A stretch of 40,000 nucleotides of DNA, taken from Pseudoxanthomonas sp. 10H. Lineage in GTDB: Bacteria > Pseudomonadota > Gammaproteobacteria > Xanthomonadales > Xanthomonadaceae. Below the pieces are notes generated by a model. The model searched no databases. It was not told where the DNA came from and saw only the letters and a list, made by a program, of their open reading frames with translations. A program made the position numbers and the translations under genes. Location: the NCBI RefSeq assembly GCF_041464125.1, contig NZ_JBGNUG010000002.1, positions 142,596 through 182,595 on the forward strand. The letters are read 5' to 3'. Position 1 is the stretch's first letter; every line of letters starts with the position of its first letter. This document shows positions 35,605-40,000 of this stretch, piece after piece.

Positions 35605-36912
35605 TCAAGCGGCCGGTCGTGGCGGCGCAGCGGCATCCAGGCGGGCCGGCTCCAGGCGCGGCGCCAGCAGGTGCACGCACAGCAGTGCGAACAGGTAGGC
35701 CGATCCGGCGATCATGAAGATCGTGGCGTAGCTGCCGGTGGACTGCAGCTGGGCGCCGGTGAAGTACGACATGGCCATGCCGCCGACCGCGCCGGCGAAG
35801 CCGCCGATGCCCACCACCGAGGCCACGGTCTGCCGCGGAAACATGTCCGACGGCAGGGTCAGCACGTTGGCCGACCATCCCTGGTGGCCCGCCATCGCCA
35901 GGCCGATCAGCGCCACCGCCAGCCACAGGTTGTCGACCTGGGTGACGAACACCACCGGCGCCACGCACAGGGCGCAGACCAGCATGGCGCTCTTGCGCGC
36001 GCGGTTGGGGCCCCAGCCCAGGCGCATGAACCGCCCGGCCAGCCAGCCGCCGGCGATCGAGCCGACGTCGGCCATCAGGTACACCACGATCATCGGCAGG
36101 CCGATGCGCGCCAGCGACAGCTCGTACTCGGACGCCAGGAACTTGCCGAGCCAGAACAGGAACAGCCACCACACCGGATCGGTGATGAACTTGGCCGCCA
36201 CGAACGACCAGGCCTGGCGGTGGCGCAGCAGCTGCGCCCACGGCACCTTGACCGATGGTTCCGGGGGATCGCTGCGGATATGCGCCAGCTCCGCCGCCGA
36301 CAGCTTCGGGTGCTGCTCGGGCGTGCGGTAGAACACCAGCCAGGTCACCAGCCAGGCGGCGCTGAGCACGCCGGTGCACAGGAACGCGGCCTGCCAGCCC
36401 CAGGCCGCGGCCACGACCGGCACCATCAGCGGGGCCACGATCGCGCCGATGTTGGAGCCGGCGTTGAAGATGCCGACCGCGAACGCGCGCTCGCGCCGCG
36501 GGAACCACTCGGCCACCGTCTTGATCGCGGCCGGGAAGTTGCCGGCCTCGCCCAGGCCCAGCGCGAAGCGGGCGACGATGAAGCCGAGCACGCTTGCCGC
36601 CAGCGCATGGCCCATCGCCGCCAGCGACCACACGCTGATCGCCAGCGCATAGCCGATGCGGGTGCCGAACCGGTCGATCAGGGCGCCGGCGCAGAGCAGG
36701 CCGATCGCATAGGCGGCCTGGAAGGCCATGACGATGTAGCCGTACTGGATTTCGTTCCAGCCGATCTCGTCCTGCAGGAACGGCGCGAGCACGCCGAGCA
36801 CCTGGCGGTCGATGTAGTTGATGGTGGTGGCCGCCAGCAGCATGGCGCAGACGCGCCAGCGGTAGCGACCGGGATTCGACGACGGCGCCGCGGCCACGTC
36901 GTGCGCGCTCAT
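35605..36912 (-). CDS. exuT: MFS transporter, ExuT-like hexuronate / aldouronate permease
   Basis: 435 aa from the ATG at 36912 (the track start at 36957 is TTG). MFS blocks are INYIDRQVLGVLAP and GALIDRFGTRIGY, with ~12 hydrophobic segments. It lies in the operon with GH115 and uxaC. Confidence 0.85.
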   Translation of the reverse strand: MSAHDVAAAPSSNPGRYRWRVCAMLLAATTINYIDRQVLGVLAPFLQDEIGWNEIQYGYIVMAFQAAYAIGLLCAGALIDRFGTRIGYALAISVWSLAAMGHALAASVLGFIVARFALGLGEAGNFPAAIKTVAEWFPRRERAFAVGIFNAGSNIGAIVAPLMVPVVAAAWGWQAAFLCTGVLSAAWLVTWLVFYRTPEQHPKLSAAELAHIRSDPPEPSVKVPWAQLLRHRQAWSFVAAKFITDPVWWLFLFWLGKFLASEYELSLARIGLPMIVVYLMADVGSIAGGWLAGRFMRLGWGPNRARKSAMLVCALCVAPVVFVTQVDNLWLAVALIGLAMAGHQGWSANVLTLPSDMFPRQTVASVVGIGGFAGAVGGMAMSYFTGAQLQSTGSYATIFMIAGSAYLFALLCVHLLAPRLEPARLDAAAPPRPAA

Positions 36913-36994
36913 GCCACAACCCCGGCCAGCCGGCGGTTTCGCAGTGGATGCATGCAATGCCCCTCCCAGGGCACGGCCAGGCAGGCCGATTTTC

Positions 36995-37008
36995 TGATAG
37001 CGCTATCA
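36995..37008. promoter_or_regulatory. XylR-box variant, perfect palindrome TGATAGCGCTATCA
   Basis: Perfect 14-bp palindrome located 83 bp upstream of the exuT-like ATG. It differs from the 37161 box only at the symmetric positions 3 and 12. Confidence 0.6.
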
Positions 37009-37160
37009 TAATCACACCGCGCGCCGATGCGGCCGCATGCGTCGCCGCCTCATACGAATTGATGAATTCGTCGGGAAAAACGTGGTGCGACGCATCATCA
37101 GACCCGCGCCGGCGGACCCTTCCGACAGTCATGCTGCTATGCAGCGTGCGCCCCCGGAAA

Positions 37161-37174
37161 TGGTAGCGCTACCA
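37161..37174. promoter_or_regulatory. XylR box, perfect palindrome TGGTAGCGCTACCA
   Basis: Perfect 14-bp palindrome located 127 bp upstream of the TonB-dependent receptor ATG. It is identical to the xyl-box motif reported for XylR-regulated xylan genes of Xanthomonas campestris, as I recall it. Confidence 0.7.
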
Positions 37175-37300
37175 TCTGCCGTCGTCCGCAGGACCCGATT
37201 TAGGACTCGATCCGGCCGGGCCCGTCCAAAGGGACGATCCAGGCTTCCTTCAATTCCGGAGGGGCCACATCACCAGAAACGGGAGGGGAGTACGGTGCAG

Positions 37301-40000
37301 ATGCATCTCGCTAAGACCACGCTGTCGCGCGCGCTGAGCGCGGCCATCTTCGGCATGGCCGCTTCGGCCGCCATGGCCCAGGAACAACCGGCGCCGCCGG
37401 CGCAGGACCCGGCGCCCGCCGAACAGGTCACCGACCTGGACAGCGTGGTGGTGAAGGGCTTCCGCCAGAGCCTGCAGTATTCGACCGAAGCCAAGCGCGA
37501 CTCGACCGGCTTCACCGATTCGATCTTCGCCGAGGACATCGGCAAGTTCCCCGACACCAACATCGCCGAATCGCTGGCGCGCGTGCCGGGCATCCAGCTC
37601 AACCGCGACGTGAACGGCGAAGGCCTCAACATCGCCATCCGCGGCCTGCCCAACAGCTTCACCAAGACCACCATCAACGGTGCGTCGGTGGCCACCGCCT
37701 CGATCGGCCTGGACGCCACCAACCAGAACCGCGAAGTCGACCTGAACCTGTTCCCGACCGAGTTCTTCAACCAGGTCACCGTGTACAAGTCGCCGACCGC
37801 CAGCCTGGTCGAGGGCGGCGCGTCCGGCGTGGTCGACATGCGCAACTCGCGTCCGTTCGACATCGCCCGCAACCAGATCACCTACTCGCTGCAGGGCGAC
37901 CACAACACCAATTCCGGCGGCGTGAGCCCGCGCGGCTCGGTGATCGGCAACTGGACCAACGAGGAAGGCACCTTCGGTGCGCTCGTGGGCCTGACCTCCT
38001 CGCGCGGCAAGATCGGCGTGGAAGGCTACGAGACCATCGGCTGGACCAATCCCAACCTCACCAACGCCCAGTGCGGCAACGGCGGCGCGGCCGGTGGCTT
38101 CCCGGCGCTGGGCCAGCCCTGCAACGTGACCGGCGGCAACGGCTGGCGCATCCCGGACGTCGTCCCGAACAACGCCGCGACCATCGGCGCCGGCCTGACC
38201 CCGGGCCAGGCCATCGACGCGAACTGGCTGCTGGCCAACAACCCGGGCCTGACCACCGCGCAGATCGGCGAAGCGCTGATCCCGCGCCTGGGCCGCCCGG
38301 TGCACATGTCCGGCGACCGCGACCGTGACGGCTTCCTGGGTTCGTTCGAGTACCGGCCCAGCGACAGCATGCACTTCTGGGTCGACATGATGTACACCAA
38401 GGCGCACCGCACCAACAGCCGCGTCGACATGAACCTGGTCGGCCGCAACGGCGGCATGATCCCGCTCGACATGCAGCTGGACGAGAACAACGTCGTCACC
38501 AGCGCCACCTTCACCAACGCGCAGTTCTTCCTCGAGCACCGCGAGTACATCGAGGACGTGCAGTACTGGCAGGTGACCCCGGGCGCGCGGTTCTGGTTCG
38601 GCGACGACCAGGACATCAGGCTCGACGTGCAGGCCAACACCAGCCGCAGCTGGATGTTCCGCGAATCGCCCACGATCCTGGTCAACTCGCCGTTCACCAC
38701 GCTGGACTACACCAACGGCGGCGACATCCCGTCGTGGAGCAGCGGCCTGGACCTCAACGACCCGAACCTGGGCTGGACCTGGGCGGGCGGCCGCCTGAAC
38801 GTGCAGAACGAGAAGCGCGTGACCGAGACCAGCGGCGTGCGCGCGGACCTGCAGTTCGGCGAAGACAGCCGGAACGTCAAGGTCGGCGTCGCCTGGGACC
38901 GCAACGAGCGCCGCATCCAGGGCTTCGACAACAGCGGCGCCTGGGAAGACCTGGTCTGCCGCGGCCTGAACCCGGACGGCAGCGTGCCCAACCCCCGCCC
39001 GGCCTGCGCCGGCGGCCCGCTGGCCCTGGTCTCCAACGCGGAACTGGCCGGCTACCTGCGCCCGGGTCCGTTCGGCTTCATCGTGGTCGACGCCGACCGC
39101 TTCAAGAACGACACCAACTACGCGTTCTACCGCGACAACGCCCCGGAGTCCGGCGGCCCGAACACCGGCGGCTCGACCGGCGGCTTCGACGAGGACACCA
39201 TCGCGGCCTACATGGAAGTGAACGGCGAATCGGAAATCTGGAACCGCAACCTGCGCTTCAACTTCGGCGTGCGCTACGCCCAGACCGACCAGAACGTGTC
39301 GGGCCCGGTGACCATCGGCGGCGTGCGCCAGTGGCAGTCGCTGGACGGCGACTACAGCGAGTGGCTGCCGTCGTTCAGCGCCGCGTGGGACGTGGCCGAC
39401 GACGTGGTCCTGCGCATGTCCGGTTCGCGGACCATGACCCGCCCGAACCCGAGCTCGATGCTGCCGGCCACCACCTTCACCGACCAGTCGGCGCAGGTGG
39501 CCAACCAGGGCAACCCCGACCTGACGCCGTACATCTCCAACAACTTCGACCTCGGTGGCGAGTGGTACACCGGCGACGAAGGCTTCGTCGGCCTGACCCT
39601 GTTCAACAAGCGCATCGAGGGTTACACCTTCCAGGGCGTGACCACCCGTCCGTTCACCGACCTGGGCATCCCGTTCGAGGACCTGACCGACACCCAGCAG
39701 CTGGCGATCAACAACCGCGGCGGCCCGAACGTGGCCACCGTCAACGTGAACCAGCAGGTCAACGCGGACGCCGAGCTCGAGATCCGCGGCTGGGAAGCGA
39801 TCTGGGTGCAGCCGCTGAGTTTCGTGCTCGACGGCCTGGGCTTCATGGCCAACTACACCGAGATCGACATCAAGACCCTGGGCAAGGACGCCAAGGCGCT
39901 GTCGGGCAACGTCTACGGCGTGGCGCCGTCGATGTGGAACGCCACGGCGTACTGGGAAAACGACGTCGCCTCCGCGCGCCTGTCGTACACCTGGTCCGAG
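37301..40000 (+). CDS. TonB-dependent outer-membrane receptor (xylan/xylo-oligosaccharide CUT-locus type), 5' 900 codons; continues past the window
   Basis: It is absent from the ORF track because no stop is reached. GGGAGGGGAG lies 10 nt before the ATG at 37301. A signal peptide (AAIFGMAASAAMA) is followed by the plug domain (DLDSVVVKGFRQSL...FTDSIFAEDIGKFPDTNIAESLARVPGIQLNRD..GEGLNIAIRGL). The frame stays open to 40000 (...ARLSYTWSE). Confidence 0.9.
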   Translation, partial: MHLAKTTLSRALSAAIFGMAASAAMAQEQPAPPAQDPAPAEQVTDLDSVVVKGFRQSLQYSTEAKRDSTGFTDSIFAEDIGKFPDTNIAESLARVPGIQLNRDVNGEGLNIAIRGLPNSFTKTTINGASVATASIGLDATNQNREVDLNLFPTEFFNQVTVYKSPTASLVEGGASGVVDMRNSRPFDIARNQITYSLQGDHNTNSGGVSPRGSVIGNWTNEEGTFGALVGLTSSRGKIGVEGYETIGWTNPNLTNAQCGNGGAAGGFPALGQPCNVTGGNGWRIPDVVPNNAATIGAGLTPGQAIDANWLLANNPGLTTAQIGEALIPRLGRPVHMSGDRDRDGFLGSFEYRPSDSMHFWVDMMYTKAHRTNSRVDMNLVGRNGGMIPLDMQLDENNVVTSATFTNAQFFLEHREYIEDVQYWQVTPGARFWFGDDQDIRLDVQANTSRSWMFRESPTILVNSPFTTLDYTNGGDIPSWSSGLDLNDPNLGWTWAGGRLNVQNEKRVTETSGVRADLQFGEDSRNVKVGVAWDRNERRIQGFDNSGAWEDLVCRGLNPDGSVPNPRPACAGGPLALVSNAELAGYLRPGPFGFIVVDADRFKNDTNYAFYRDNAPESGGPNTGGSTGGFDEDTIAAYMEVNGESEIWNRNLRFNFGVRYAQTDQNVSGPVTIGGVRQWQSLDGDYSEWLPSFSAAWDVADDVVLRMSGSRTMTRPNPSSMLPATTFTDQSAQVANQGNPDLTPYISNNFDLGGEWYTGDEGFVGLTLFNKRIEGYTFQGVTTRPFTDLGIPFEDLTDTQQLAINNRGGPNVATVNVNQQVNADAELEIRGWEAIWVQPLSFVLDGLGFMANYTEIDIKTLGKDAKALSGNVYGVAPSMWNATAYWENDVASARLSYTWSE

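Noticed and set aside
27391-37011. 3206-aa plus-strand ORF
   Set aside because: It is antisense to five well-supported minus-strand genes (GH2, uxaC, GH115, MFS and the GH10 start). Its composition is dominated by R/A/G/V/H/D with no recognisable domain. It is a GC-driven open frame.
37250-39852. Minus-strand ORFs (429, 203, 224, 109, 87 and 76 aa) opposite the TonB-dependent receptor
   Set aside because: They are antisense to a 900-codon open frame with a clear signal peptide, plug and barrel motifs. They have no start context.

Overview
High-GC chromosomal segment with Xanthomonadaceae/Lysobacteraceae-like gene content; the taxon is inferred, not proven. The window has three parts.

(1) Left, 1-14.6 kb: a glucuronoxylan/hexuronate operon set. 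It holds the xylB tail, xylA, a divergent LacI-type xylR, a GH67 alpha-glucuronidase, a GQSNM acetylesterase, an enolase-type mannonate dehydratase, GH43, GH3-PA14 and uxuB.

(2) Middle, 14.7-26.2 kb: an accessory block.
- A FAH-family / YjhG-type dehydratase / GntP permease module, possibly for pentonate catabolism.
- A ~0.55 kb array of 43-bp tandem repeats.
- A complete chromosomal integron: an intact intI, an attI crossover GTTAGGC, and eight cassettes bounded by eight attC sites of exactly 60 bp. The array is visibly less GC-rich than its flanks.
- Four orphan genes after the array.

(3) Right, 26.2-40 kb: a minus-strand operon of exuT-like MFS, GH115, uxaC, a GH2-ThuA fusion and GH10. 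It diverges from a TonB-dependent receptor that runs off the window. Two perfect 14-bp XylR-box palindromes lie in the shared promoter region.

The most interesting content is the integron cassette array. Seven orphan ORFs include a 268-aa Abi_C/HEPN-like protein with an R-x6-H motif (candidate anti-phage or toxin module) and four unrelated small two-helix membrane proteins. The first cassette has no convincing ORF.

Other oddities are the 43-bp/21-bp nested tandem repeat abutting intI, and a 152-bp tandem duplication of the uxaC start region carrying G8 and G9 homopolymers.

No tRNA, rRNA or CRISPR array was seen. Many very long ORFs in the supplied track are GC-driven antisense or off-frame artefacts. 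All family assignments come from motif reading and recalled homologs, not from searches.
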